From positions 1 to 64,000 of the forward strand of contig CBDCLE010000011.1 in assembly GCA_965218585.1 (NCBI GenBank): a stretch of DNA of 64,000 bases, written 5' to 3'. Source of the DNA: Terriglobia bacterium. GTDB taxonomy: Bacteria > Acidobacteriota > Terriglobia > 20CM-2-55-15. Positions 51,351 to 62,688 of the stretch are shown piece by piece (the stretch's first letter is position 1; the number at the start of each line of letters is the position of its first letter). The position numbers and the translations under genes are program-made. Under the pieces are notes generated by a model. The model saw only the letters and a program-made list of their open reading frames with translations, had not been told where the DNA came from and made no database searches.

Positions 51351-51899
51351 TCAACCCTGGGTCCCGAAAACAAAATCCCACAGAGGAGAAGTGACCCCAA
51401 AATTCTTCGTGTCCTCGACGAAGTGATGACGGAAGTGCCGGATTCGATGATTCCTGAGGCCTAGTGTGGATCTGCTGGTGTGCACTCGGTAATGGACCCA
51501 CTCGTAATATAGAAAGCCAACCCAGACGCCAATAGCGATCCCCGCCGACGTCATCACGCTCCCGGTCAACCCGTAGGTGATCCCCAGGATTATCGCCGAC
51601 AGCGGCAGGGTCGTCCGCGCCCGTGCCAGGATGCACCGCGGATCGCGAGGGCGCCCATGATGAACGAGATGAAAACCCGAGACGATGCCCTCGAGTGTGG
51701 AGTTACGCGCCCGCCAGTGAAAAAAGAAGCGATGGAGCAGGTATTCGATCAGAGTCCAGAACAAGATGCCCATGGGAATCAGCAGGACGTAAGAAACGGA
51801 TGAACGTCCCGCCTCGCTCGCGCTCGCCAGAGAAATCAAGAACAGAGAAGCGGGTGGGTAGATCCAGAAGGAACTGAAACGCATCAGGCGAGCGGCCAT
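51351..51899 (-). CDS. Fatty-acid hydroxylase / sterol desaturase family protein
   Basis: EYLLHRFFFH, HLVHH, YEWVHY, HFRHH and FGVTSPLWD. Confidence 0.9.
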   Translation of the reverse strand: MAARLMRFSSFWIYPPASLFLISLASASEAGRSSVSYVLLIPMGILFWTLIEYLLHRFFFHWRARNSTLEGIVSGFHLVHHGRPRDPRCILARARTTLPLSAIILGITYGLTGSVMTSAGIAIGVWVGFLYYEWVHYRVHTSRSTLGLRNHRIRHFRHHFVEDTKNFGVTSPLWDFVFGTQG

Positions 51900-51911
51900 C
51901 GTCCCTCGAGG

Positions 51912-52610
51912 TTAACCTGTTTCTTCTGGTTGAGGCATCCGCAACCGCCAGATTGCCAGAGCAGCCAGGACCGCATAGAGCACGCACCCCACGACGAGAG
52001 GCCATATCAGCCACGGAAAGACGGTAAAGAGTTCCATAGAGAGGTAGGACTGGATATAGCAGAGCGGGGCCATGCCGAAGAGCGTCCCGATCATCACGCT
52101 GGAATTAGAAATCGGCGTGAGGCCGGCGGCATAAGACACGATGTCGGACGAGGTAAGGGGGTTCACCCGCAGCAAGGCGACGCTCAGGATGCCGTGTTTC
52201 AGGATGAGCTTCTTAAGGTTCAGGAGTCGGCCTTCGGAAAAGAAGTCCCTCGTCCACGTGCGGCCGACAATCGTCCGCATGAGCCCGCAGCACACGCCGG
52301 CAGCGACCACATTACCGATCAGCGAGAACGTACCGCCCCAGAACCCACCGAATATCACCCCACCGGGAAGATAGAGAATGGCCCCCGGGATGGGAGCGAT
52401 GACGGTTTCGATGATTACGAGAAAGATGTAGGCAAGCGGCGCCATCGGCCCCCAGGCGCTGAAGAACGCCCGCATGGCTTCGACTTTGTCGGCCGAACTC
52501 GAACCCGAATCAAACAGAACCCCAATAACACCATCGGTCCAGTACGACCATCCGGCAAGCACAGCAAAGGCCAGGAGTATCGCTATCGCAATGAGACGTT
52601 CCTTGTTCAT
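51912..52610 (-). CDS. TVP38/TMEM64 (DedA-like) membrane protein
   Basis: APIPG...GGVIFG, LLRVNP...DIVSYAAG. Confidence 0.88.
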   Translation of the reverse strand: MNKERLIAIAILLAFAVLAGWSYWTDGVIGVLFDSGSSSADKVEAMRAFFSAWGPMAPLAYIFLVIIETVIAPIPGAILYLPGGVIFGGFWGGTFSLIGNVVAAGVCCGLMRTIVGRTWTRDFFSEGRLLNLKKLILKHGILSVALLRVNPLTSSDIVSYAAGLTPISNSSVMIGTLFGMAPLCYIQSYLSMELFTVFPWLIWPLVVGCVLYAVLAALAIWRLRMPQPEETG

Positions 52611-53350
52611 TATTGAAGGCCGCCTGGCGGCCGGTCCGAGGTGCCCAGAATGACACGGGCAGCTTGCTCGCTGGGCACGAAAGACTGCAACTCCTCAACT
52701 CTATCACCGCCAGGAGGAGGAATTCTTCCTGGATTAAACCAGACAGGACGGATGCCGGCTGACTGCGCTCCCAGGATGTCCACGTCCCAGGAATCGCCGA
52801 TCATGACCGCTTCTCCTGGTTCGGCACTACCTCTCTCCAGTGCCGCCTCAAATATCTCGGCCGCAGGCTTGGCAACCCCGACCTCCTCGGAGGTCACCAT
52901 GAAGTCAACGAGCTCCCTCAAGCCACACTCTTCCAACTTGGATTCCTGCTGGTTGATGAAGTTGTTTGTGACGATGCCGACTTTTCGGCTCTCTCCTATC
53001 GAGGCAAGGAGCTCGGCGGCGCCATCGAATGCCCGTCAGGCGGTCCGGTAGAGCTGGACGTGCCGCTGGGCAATCACAGTCAAGCGGTCCGGTTTGACGG
53101 TTTCACCACACCATTCGAACAGGTCACGGAGGCGTTCGATACGAGCCTGGATCGGAGTCAACAAACCAGCCAGCACCTTCGCATGGGTGCGGTTCAAGAT
53201 TTGGAACGCCGCCTCATCCAGGTCGGCAATCGACACCGCCCCGAGTGCGGGATGTTCCTTCTGGAGCGCAGCCAGAGCCGACCGGCTGGCACCCCGATGA
53301 TCGAACAGAGTCTGATCCAGGTCGAACAGAACAAGAGAAGGCCTTCCCAT
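52610..53350 (-). CDS. HAD-family hydrolase (YjjG-like); in-frame TGA at 53036-53038
   Basis: FDLDQTL, IVTN, KP and MIGDSWDVD in one frame across the stop. Confidence 0.85.
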
Positions 53351-53426
53351 AAACTGATTATAGCGACGGGGGAACTACCTCGTTGCGCCTGCGGAAGAAA
53401 AATGCGACCCTCTTCGTCTATCGCTT

Positions 53427-54671
53427 ATGCCCCGAAAAGACTCCATTGACAACATCCGTAAATCGTTAGACCTGGCGAGCCAGGAACTGCGGATACTCCA
53501 TGAGATCAGCCAGTCGATCAGCTGTAATCTGGACCTGGACCAGGTACTTAACGAGATCATCGACCTCGTGGTCGATGTCACGCGCTGCGATTCCTGCCTG
53601 CTCTACCTCGTGGACGAATCTGAACCGTATCTTTTCCTGAGAGCCTCGAAGAACCCCCACCCCCGACTGATCGGACGGATCTCCCTCAAGGTTGGAGAGG
53701 GGATTACCGGATGGGTCGCCGAGAACGCAGAAGTCGTCGTGATCGACCGCAACGCGAGCAAGGATCCGCGCTTCAAGGTCTTTAACAATCTTCCTGAAGA
53801 CCGTTACGATGCATTTCTGTCGGTTCCGATAATCGTGCCTCCGGAACGTGTGATCGGCGTCATCAACGTACAGCACCGAAAGTCCCACCGGCACGCAGAT
53901 CGCGAGCGCATGGTGATGTCGATTATCGGCCATCAGGTGGGCGGGGCCATTGAAAATGCGCGTCTTTACGAAGAAACGAAGCGGCACAACATACAGCTCT
54001 CGACACTGTCTCAGGTCAGCCAGATTGCCGCTTCGGGTCAGTATCTGGACGAGATGCTCCAGCTGATCGTGAACATGCTGGGCGAGACGATGCCTGCCCG
54101 GGTCTGTTCCATCATGCTGGTGGATCAAAAGAAGAACGAACTCGTCCTGAAGGCCGCCAAGTGTTCGAGCCAGGATTACTGGCAAAAACCGAACCTGAAG
54201 ATCGGCAAGAGCTTGATATCCCGCGTGGTCAAACAGCGCAAACCGCTCATGGTCAAGGACGTCACAAAAGAAGCGGACTACCTTTACCCTGAGTTGGCGA
54301 AGAAGGAAGGAGTTCGCTCTCTTGTGTCCGTCCCGATGATCGCCAAGGGAAAGGTGATTGGCTTGGTCAACGTCTATTCCGACGAAGAACGCGTCTTTTC
54401 AGAAGACGACATGCGGGTCCTCTCAACGGTTTCCGGACAGGCTGCGCTGGCCATCGAAAACACAAATCTCGCAGTCAAGATCGAGGAGCGGGAGGCGGCC
54501 CTGGAAGCCAGAAAGGTCGTGGAGCGAGCCAAGAGCGTTCTCCAGCAACAACTGTCGCTCTCTGAGGATGAGGCTTACCGCAGGTTGCGGCAGCAAAGCA
54601 TGAAGACGCGGCGTACGATGCGAGAGATCGCAGAGGCGGTTATTCTTTCCAGCGAGGTGGCGTCAAACTGA
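53427..54671 (+). CDS. GAF-GAF-ANTAR RNA-binding regulator
   Basis: Two GAF repeats (GEGITGWVA...LSVP; LVSVP) and RKVVERAKSVL...EAYRRLRQQSM...IAEAV. Confidence 0.92.
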   Translation: MPRKDSIDNIRKSLDLASQELRILHEISQSISCNLDLDQVLNEIIDLVVDVTRCDSCLLYLVDESEPYLFLRASKNPHPRLIGRISLKVGEGITGWVAENAEVVVIDRNASKDPRFKVFNNLPEDRYDAFLSVPIIVPPERVIGVINVQHRKSHRHADRERMVMSIIGHQVGGAIENARLYEETKRHNIQLSTLSQVSQIAASGQYLDEMLQLIVNMLGETMPARVCSIMLVDQKKNELVLKAAKCSSQDYWQKPNLKIGKSLISRVVKQRKPLMVKDVTKEADYLYPELAKKEGVRSLVSVPMIAKGKVIGLVNVYSDEERVFSEDDMRVLSTVSGQAALAIENTNLAVKIEEREAALEARKVVERAKSVLQQQLSLSEDEAYRRLRQQSMKTRRTMREIAEAVILSSEVASN

Positions 54672-54962
54672 ATCGGGGCGGGCGGTCGCTCCGGTAAGGT
54701 TCTGAAGCTCTTCTTCGTAGTACTTTCGATAGAGAATGTCCCACTCCTCGCTCCCTTGAGGGATCGGACGACTCTGTGATTCGATCTTCTGGCGGGCGAC
54801 CTGGTTCATCTCATCTTCTTTCTTCAGCCACTTGGTGAGAACCTCCAGGGCGGCCAGGCGTATGGTGTTCCGGTCTTCCCTGAAGGTCACCTCGTCGATT
54901 TCAGCGAGCGTGTCGGCAACACAATGCGAGAGGACGTTGATCTTGTCCCGCGAAAATCTCAC
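54663..54962 (-). CDS. DUF507-family protein
   Basis: MRFSRDKINVLS...EWDILYRKYYEEE. Confidence 0.8.
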   Translation of the reverse strand: MRFSRDKINVLSHCVADTLAEIDEVTFREDRNTIRLAALEVLTKWLKKEDEMNQVARQKIESQSRPIPQGSEEWDILYRKYYEEELQNLTGATARPDSV

Positions 54963-55237
54963 AGAATTACCTTTCTTTCCCGCACAAGCTTCTTCTTGAT
55001 GAGCTTGAACATCTCCTGATACGAAGCGCCGCTTTCCCGTATTTGATTGCCGTATTCGTTCAGGAGTGTACGCACCTCGTCATTGATGCGATCTTCGAGC
55101 GTGATTTCTTCGTTCAAAACTTCAAAAATGGCGTCTGTTATCGAAAACTCCTTCGGGAGTTCGATGACCTCACGCTCAACGAGTTCTTCAGAGACCTTTT
55201 CGGCCAGGAGTTCGACGAATTCAGTTCGAAGTGCCAT
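54959..55237 (-). CDS. DUF507-family protein
   Basis: LEDRINDEVR...YQEMFKLIKKKLVRER. Confidence 0.82.
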   Translation of the reverse strand: MALRTEFVELLAEKVSEELVEREVIELPKEFSITDAIFEVLNEEITLEDRINDEVRTLLNEYGNQIRESGASYQEMFKLIKKKLVRERKVIL

Positions 55238-55460
55238 ACGGTAGTTAGGAACCTACAAACGAGTGCAATTGACTAATGTCCCACAACTGGATTTCTTTTT
55301 CAACCGGCAGTCCTGTCGGTGACAAACTCAAGGTGTGAAGGATGTCCTGGCGCAAACTGTAAAGGAACTACTGGCGCTTGACACTATGACCGCACAACTG
55401 ATGAATTCGTGCGCTCCGAGAGCGCACCTACAGTCGGAGTGGGGAAGACAAGTTCGAACG

Positions 55461-56756
55461 TCACGCGACGCCTTCCCGAGGGCTGACACGTCCCGGCAGA
55501 ATGTCGGTCTCGCCCTCGGTTCGAGCGATGATCACCGCACCACAGGAGTCGCTGAAGACGTTTATGGAGGTTCGGATCATGTCCAGAATCCGATCCGTGA
55601 CCAGGATTAATCCCACGGCCTCGACCGGCAGTCCAATTGTTGAAAGGATGATGGTTATCGCGACGAGGCTGGCGGCAGGGATTCCCGCGACGCCGATCGA
55701 GGTGATCAGGGCGACAAAGACCACCGTGAACTGATCGACAAGCCCGAGCTGGAGGCCGTAGGCCTGGGCCAGGAACATGGCGGCCACGCATTCATAGAGC
55801 GCCGTCCCATCCATGTTCACCGTCGCACCCAACGGCAGAACAAAACTGGTCGTGCGGTTGGAGACGCCGGCATTCTTTTCGACGCACTCCATCGTAAGCG
55901 GCAGCGTGGCCGAAGAGGACGCGGTAGAAAACGCCGTCAGCATGGCCGGGGACATCGCGCGGTAGTGCCGCCACGGGTTGACACCGGCGATGAGCCAGAG
56001 GAGCAGTGGAAGAGTGATCAACGCATGTCCCAGAAGGCTGAGGAGTGCCGTGAAAAAGAATGCCAGCAGGGGCACGAACGCATCGAAACCCGTTTGTGTG
56101 ACTTCGGCCGCAACGAGCCCGAACACGCCTATTGGTGTGAATCGCATGACCCACATCGTGATGCGCATCATCGTTTCGAAGACGCCGTTGGCAAACCCCT
56201 GCATCGTTGCTGCAAATTCACTGGGGATCAAGTTCAGGAAGTAGCCGAAAAGGATGCTGAAGAATATGAGGCCCAGCATCTCGCCGTCGGCCGCCGCCCC
56301 GACGATATTGATCGGAATCATCCGAAGAAAGAGTTCCGCAAGATCCCCGGTTCCCCGGCCCTCCACCTGGGCCACGATCTCCGCTGTATTTTCCTCCAGA
56401 CCCAGAATTTCTCCTGCAGGTTGCCCGTCGACGATTCCTGGCGCCACCAGATTCACGAGCAGTAACCCAAAGAAAATTGCCAGCAGGCTCGAGGCAATGT
56501 AGTAGGAGGCAGTTTTAAGGCCGAGCCGTCCCAGATCGCTTCCCGAACCCAGTCCGGCCACGCCGCTGATGATGGACGACATGATGAGGGGCACGATCAG
56601 CATCCGCAGGGCATTCAGGAACATCGTTCCCATGAAGTCGTAAACACCGGTGACGGTTACGCCCAGAAAGGCCGTTTCGGGAGTTGTCAGAAGTCCGGCC
56701 AAAATAGCCAGGAAGATCGCGATCAGAATCTGCCAGTGCAGCTTGAGTTTGCCCAC
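55461..56756 (-). CDS. Dicarboxylate/amino acid:cation symporter (GltP-like)
   Basis: AFSTASSSATLP, GATVNMDGT and DRILDMIRT. Confidence 0.93.
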   Translation of the reverse strand: MGKLKLHWQILIAIFLAILAGLLTTPETAFLGVTVTGVYDFMGTMFLNALRMLIVPLIMSSIISGVAGLGSGSDLGRLGLKTASYYIASSLLAIFFGLLLVNLVAPGIVDGQPAGEILGLEENTAEIVAQVEGRGTGDLAELFLRMIPINIVGAAADGEMLGLIFFSILFGYFLNLIPSEFAATMQGFANGVFETMMRITMWVMRFTPIGVFGLVAAEVTQTGFDAFVPLLAFFFTALLSLLGHALITLPLLLWLIAGVNPWRHYRAMSPAMLTAFSTASSSATLPLTMECVEKNAGVSNRTTSFVLPLGATVNMDGTALYECVAAMFLAQAYGLQLGLVDQFTVVFVALITSIGVAGIPAASLVAITIILSTIGLPVEAVGLILVTDRILDMIRTSINVFSDSCGAVIIARTEGETDILPGRVSPREGVA

Positions 56757-56804
56757 GCTAACGGTATCTCCCGAATTCAGTTTCTTTGAGAAGAGGGTTG
56801 GATC

Positions 56805-58738
56805 TTATAGGAGATGCAGTGATGGGTCAATCTGCGCCTGAAGGCGTGGGGCCTCTCTATTTCGGTCCAGGAGCTCTCTCACTTTTTGGGCGAGAGTCTC
56901 CCGGCGGAAAGGTTTTTCAAGCAGCTGGACGTCAGGGTCCAGGCGACCCTGATGCACGATGGCGTTTTCGCTATAGCCGGACGAAAAAAGCACCGGGACA
57001 TCCGGCCAGACCTCACCGAGGCGACTTGCCAGATCCCTGCCTGTGATACCTCCGGGCAAGACGACGTCGGTCAGAATCAGATCCACTTTTTCAAGGTGTT
57101 CCGCAGCGCTCAACGTCGAAGGGCCATCATGGAAACTGACGACTTCATAGCCGAGCGTGCGCAGGGACAGACCGAGGAACTCTCTGACTTCCGCGTCGTC
57201 TTCGACCACGAGAATGCGTTCGCTACCTGACGGCATAAACCCCGGTTCTCTGGAGACTCTCCGTTGCGCTTCGTCCTCCCCCGACAGGGAGCGGGGCAGG
57301 TAAAGCTTTACGGTCGTGCCCGTCCCTACTTCAGAATAGATCGAAACATGCCCGCCGGATTGTTTTACAAACCCATACACCATACTGAGGCCGAGGCCGC
57401 TTCCTTTTCCCGGCCCTTTAGTCGTAAAAAAAGGTTCGAATGCCTGGGTCGCGATGTCGGGAGGCATTCCAAGTCCTGTGTCACTGACAGCCACCATGAC
57501 GTATTGGCCAGGTTTCACGTCTTCGCGAGATTCGGCGTAGTCGCTGCCGAGCCGAACGTTGGCGGTCTCTATCGTCAACTTGCCGCCCGAGGGCATGGCG
57601 TCTCTGGCGTTGAGCGCCAGGTTCAGGATAGAGTTTTCGAGTTGGTTCTCGTCAACCACTGCGGTCCAGAGCCCACCGGCACGCACGGCCTCTAGTTTGA
57701 CGTCTTCGCCCAAAGTCCGCTGGAGCAAGGAGGCTGTGCTGGAGAGAAGCTCGTTCAGGTCCAGGGATTTGGGCTTGAGCGCCTGTTTTCGTGAAAAGGC
57801 AAGCAACTGGCGGGTCAGGTCGGCAGCCCGATTCGATGCTCTCAAGCCCGCTTCGATGAAACGCGTGTCGGTATCGTGGCCTTTGCGCGAATCCTTGAGG
57901 AGATCGAGATAGCCGATGATGCTTGTCAGAATGTTGTTGAAGTCGTGAGCAACGCCGCCTGTCATTTGCCCGACCACTTCCATCTTTTGAGCCTGCTGCA
58001 GCTCGGCTTCTCTCCCCTTCCGTTCCTGAATGTTCCGGACCGATCCTACGACAAGGCGTGTCAGCCCGATCGAGACCTCATCGAAGGCAGTTTCCAGTTG
58101 CAGGGGTCTTCCGTCATTGTGCCGGCCCTCGTGCTCTCTATACCCATGGCCGATCGGCGTCTCTGCCGAACCGCCGGGAACATTACCGGCCATCCCTCTC
58201 CGCAAGCGAAGCGTCGGCATGAGCAAAGACACCGGTCTTCCGATGAGTTCATCCTGGAGATATCTGAATATGTCTTCGATGGCCTTGTTGGCCGACTCGA
58301 TTCGATCCAATTCGTCGACGGTCAGGATGCCATCCGAAGTACTCTCTGTGACCGCCCGTAAACGGATCTCATTCTCTCTGATTTCCTGTTCGGCGTTTAC
58401 CCGGTCAGTGACGTCTTGAATGGTCCCGCGGACCCGAATCGGGTGGCCGGCTTCATCGTAGATAATTTCAGCGCGGTCTTCCGCGATCCGAACTGAGCCG
58501 TCAGGTAAGAGTATCCTGCAGTCGAAGGAGTAGGACGGAGCCCGGTTGGCAAGAGCGGCTGTCATTCGCTCATGAGCGCGCTCGCGATCTTCCGGATGGA
58601 CCTTTTCGAAAAAAGCTTCCCGGCTGGGAGAGATCTCGTTGACTTCAAAGCCCAGAATGCGGAAGAGTTCGCCCGACCAGGACACCAAATCCTCTGCAAA
58701 ATCGTGCTCCCAGTTACCGATATATGCAATGCGTTGGG
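56805..58738 (-). pseudogene. 3' part of a PAS-PAS hybrid histidine kinase (HisKA-HATPase-REC), interrupted by IS21
   Basis: VAHDFNN, NLALNARDAM, PFFTTK, GSGLGL and REC domain; the frame joins 61133-61621 as DNAQR|IAYIGNWEHDF. Confidence 0.9.
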
Positions 58739-58846
58739 TTGTTGATTTGCACCCAAAACTGATCCACTTAAAGCGGGTATTTGCATCGAAATTTGACCCA
58801 CGTGTATACCCATTCCTGCCGATTAACAGAGCAGGAGGGCAAAGGA

Positions 58847-60296
58847 GTGATAGACGTGGCGATATTGAGTGTGATCAGACGCTGGCATGTACGAGAGGGC
58901 GTATCGATTCGAGAGATCAGCAGGCGAACGAAGCTGTCGCGCAATACGATCCGGAAGCACTTGGCGAGCGGCGCTCTGGAGGCGGTCTATCCGAAGCGCA
59001 GGAGCCGGAGCAAAGTGGACGGCTACGCCGAGTTGCTGGCGTCGTGGCTGAAGCGGGAATCGGCCCGGGGTCGCAAGGAGCTGCGTAATCTCAAGCAGCT
59101 GCACGGCGAGTTGATGAAGCTTGGCTACACGGGGTCCTATGACCGTGGTGTTTGCGCCCGGCGAAGCGTTCCAGTTCGACTGGAGCGAGGACTGGGTGGT
59201 CATCGGCGGTGAACGCACGAAGCTGATGGTGGCGCAGTTCAAACTCTGCCACAGCCGGGCGTTCATGCTGCGGGCTTATCCGCTACAGTCCCACGAGATG
59301 CTGTTCGACGCCCACAACTATTGTCTGGCGGCGTTGGGCGGTGTGCCCCGGCGGGGCATCTACGACAACATGAAGACAGCGGTGGACCGAGTGGGCCGAG
59401 GGAAGGCCCGGGTGGTCAACGCCCGGTTCAAGGCGATGGTGAGCCATTTCCTGTTCGAAGCGGAGTTCTGCACGCCTGGCGCCGGATGGGAGAAAGGCCA
59501 GATCGAGAAGAACGTCCGGGACGCGCGGCCCCGTCTGTTCCATGACGCGCCTGAGTTTGCTGGCTTCCGTGACGTGAACGTGTGGCTTGAGCGGCGATGC
59601 CGGGGTCTCTGGGACGAGATCCATCACCCGGAGCAGCCCCAGCGTACAGTCGCCGAGGTCTGGGCCGATGAGCACGCGCATCTGATGCGCATGCCGACGC
59701 CGTTCGATGGCTTTGTCGAGCACACCAAGCGTGTTTCTCCGGCCTGCCTTATCGCCTTCGCGCGTAATCGCTACAGCGTGCCGGCCGCGTTTGCCAACCG
59801 GCCGGTCAGTGTCCGCGTCTACGCCGAACGCATCGTGATTGCCGCCGAAGGCCAGGTCATCGCTGAGCATCCGCGGGTGATCGCGCGCGGGCGCGACTGC
59901 CGGTCAGGGCGAACCGTCTACGACTGGCGCCACTACCTGAGCGTCCTCCAACGAAAACCGGGCGCGTTGAGGAACGGCGCTCCCTTCGCCGAGCTTCCCC
60001 AACCTTTCAAGCGCCTCCAGGCGGCGCGGCTCAAGCGACCTGGCGGGGACCGGGAGATGGTGGAGATCCTGGCGCTGGTGCTGCACCACGATGAGCCGGC
60101 GGTGCTGCGTGCCGCCGAGATCGCACTCGCAGCCGGGGCCGCCTCCAAGCAACATGTGCTCAATATCCTGAGCCGGTTACTGGAAGCCTCGCCGCCCAGC
60201 CTCATCGATATACCCGATGCGTTGACACTGCTCAATGAACCGAAGGCCGATGTTCATCGCTACGACCGCTTGAGAGGAGATGGCCATGTCATCTGA
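58847..60296 (+). pseudogene. istA: IstA transposase with frameshift/internal deletion near 59140
   Basis: N-terminal HTH (SIREISRRTKLSRNTIRK) is in a different frame from PGEAFQFDW, YDNMK and EKGQIE. Confidence 0.88.
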
Positions 60297-61059
60297 ATCT
60301 CTGGTCAGCGCGCTGAGGTCGCTCAAACTCCATGGCATGGCGCAAGCGGTCGATGAACTCGCGCGGCAAGGCGCTCCGGCTTTCTCAAACATAGAGCCCA
60401 TGCTCCACACCTTAACCGAGGCCGAGGTCGCCGAGCGCGAGGTCCGCTCCATCAACTACCAGATGAGGACCGCCCGCTTCCCAGCCTATCGCGACCTCTC
60501 CAACTTCGACTTCAATGAAAGCCCCGTTGATGAGGCACTGCTCAGCTCACTGTATCGATGTGACTTCGTCGCCGACGCTCACAACATCGTGATGATCGGC
60601 GGACCGGGCACCGGCAAGACCCATCTCGCCACGGCCGTCGGCGTGCAGGCCATCACTCACCATCGCCTCAGAGTCCGGTTCTTCTCCACTATCGAACTCG
60701 TCAACACGCTGGAACAGGAGAAAGCCAAGGGTAAGACTGGGCAGATCGCCAACCGGCTCCTGCAAGTCGATTTGGTCATTCTCGATGAACTCGGCTATCT
60801 GCCGTTCTCGCAGGCCGGCGGCGCCTTGCTGTTCCACCTGCTGAGCAAACTCTACGAGCGCACCCGCAGGGTCCTCACCACCAACCTTGCCTTCGGTGAA
60901 TGGCCCCGGGTCTTCAACGACACGAAGATGACCGCCGCGCTGCTCGACCGCCTCACCCACCATTGCCACATCGTCGAAACCGGCAATGACAGTTACCGTT
61001 TTAGAAACAGTTCCACACACACAAAGGAGACTAAACCCCGGAAAAACCCCAACCCATGA
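60286..61059 (+). CDS. istB: IstB ATPase
   Basis: [18 protein letters not shown] and LLDRLTHH. Confidence 0.93.
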   Translation: MSSESLVSALRSLKLHGMAQAVDELARQGAPAFSNIEPMLHTLTEAEVAEREVRSINYQMRTARFPAYRDLSNFDFNESPVDEALLSSLYRCDFVADAHNIVMIGGPGTGKTHLATAVGVQAITHHRLRVRFFSTIELVNTLEQEKAKGKTGQIANRLLQVDLVILDELGYLPFSQAGGALLFHLLSKLYERTRRVLTTNLAFGEWPRVFNDTKMTAALLDRLTHHCHIVETGNDSYRFRNSSTHTKETKPRKNPNP

Positions 61060-61132
61060 GCCATAATCCGGCTCTCTAACCCGGGTCAATTTTCAATGCA
61101 AAACCCGGATCACTTTTCCGTGCAAATTAACA

Positions 61133-61621
61133 GCGTTGGGCGTTATCAAGGATGGCGGTCTTCGACTGGAGAGAATCTGCCAATTGTTTCTCGGTCGCTT
61201 GGTATTCCCGTACTCGCGTTGTGGCGCTATCGAGTTCTCCGGAGAGCCCGAAAAATCTCCGGCTGACCGACAGGATTCCGAAAGCGATGCTCCCCACCGA
61301 AAAGAGCGTCACGACCCACCGGGCGTTGAGGTGAAGGTCTTCCATCATTGTCATGGCACGGACAGGGCCGATGACCAGAGGAGCAGCGTGCATCACGGCA
61401 AGATCGATCAGGTAGAAGATACCGACGACGAAAAGCCCGAAGGAGACCGCAACCAGCCCCGTACCGCCTCCAAATGCGGCGATCCGGCGCCGATAGCAGA
61501 ACAGCCAATAGAGTGCCGCCGACACGATTCCGACGATCAGAACGTCGAAGGCGGGGCAGTATATCAGGGGCTGAGATATATCAAACAGCTCCTCGATTAA
61601 GACCAAGCCAAAACAGGCCAT
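61133..61621 (-). pseudogene. 5' membrane-sensor part of the IS21-interrupted histidine kinase (true start may lie further upstream)
   Basis: TM helices then coiled coil ending ILDNAQR at the IS junction. Confidence 0.8.
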
Positions 61622-61682
61622 TGTGCCTACGTCCAGTGATAGGATGAGTCAGACCGAAGCCCCTATTGTTTGAATCGTTGGC

Positions 61683-62273
61683 ATGTCAGCACAAGGACAG
61701 CCTCAGGGTGATCTCTCCCACACAGTCGACCGATTGAATCGTATCGTTCGTGTCACCAAGGAACTCAATTCCACGCTTGATCTCTCCGAACTCGCACGGA
61801 TCATCTTGAGGATCATTCGTGAAGAAGTTGGGATTGAACGCGGAACTGTCTTCGTGATGTCTCCATCAGGTGACCATCTGACTTCGCTGGCAGCTCAGGA
61901 CGTCGACGAGGAGATTCAGGTCCGCCTGGGCTCGGGAATCGCGGGCAGTGTCGGAGAAAGTGGAGACATTATCGACATTCCGGACGCCTATGCCGACGAC
62001 CGATTCGACCACAGTTTCGACGCTAAACTCGGCTTTCGCACACGAGACATCTATTGCATGCCGGTGCGAAACCCCGGAAAAACCATCGTGGGCGTTCTTC
62101 AACTGTTGAACCGCAGTCGGGAACTGACCACCGACGACAGTGACTTCCTTCGAGACATCTCCGTTCACATCGGTCTCGCTATAGAAAACGCGGCGCGGCA
62201 CATGAAGATTCTGGAAGAAGAAAGGATCGAGCAGCAACTGCAGCTGGCGCGAGAAATCATTCTGGTCAGGAGC
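61683..62273 (+). pseudogene. GAF-domain protein, apparently a truncated GAF-SpoIIE/PP2C gene
   Basis: GIAGSVG...DAYADDRF...GVLQLLN, then ERIEQQLQLAREI linker with no phosphatase domain. Confidence 0.65.
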
Positions 62274-62688
62274 GTGCGCAAATACCGGCTTGTCCTCGGC
62301 GTTCTCAGGCTGCGGTGTCCGATCTGCCTGGGGGGGGCGGGTCTTCAAAGGGCTGATCCTCGGACGGAGAAAGTGTGAGGATTGCGGTTACCGCTTCTGG
62401 CCCCAGGGCAGGAGCTTTCTGGGATCGGCTCTGGCCTCCGGTGTCGTGGCTATCGCCGTTACGGCGTCCATCTGGGGAGCGATGTCCTTTTTTATCGGGG
62501 TACCGCCAGATCCGGTGACTCTTGGGGTTCTCGGGGTGCTCTACGTGATCTTCGCCGGCTGGCTTTTCAGGGTGTGGCGAATGGGTTGGATTGCGTGGGA
62601 TTTATACCGCACACCGCCTGTGGACTCAGATTTCGAGGTCCACGAGCACCACGATACGCATGATACGAACAAGCGAAATCGTTCTTGA
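62274..62688 (+). CDS. DUF983-like membrane protein; frameshift in a G-run at ~62330
   Basis: AGGAG then GTG; LRLRCPIC..G-RVFKG...CEDCG, then two TM helices. Confidence 0.7.

Larger units (their letters stand above)
58740..61132 (+). mobile_element. IS21-family element with TG...CA ends, multiple internal repeats and 8-bp target duplication GCGTTGGG
   Basis: Left end TGTTGATTTGCAC, right end GTGCAAATTAACA; GCGTTGGG at 58731-58738 and 61133-61140. Confidence 0.93.

Noticed and set aside
53036-53038. TGA recoding in the HAD hydrolase
   Set aside because: Non-catalytic position, one transition from CGA or TGG; TGA is the normal stop for many genes here
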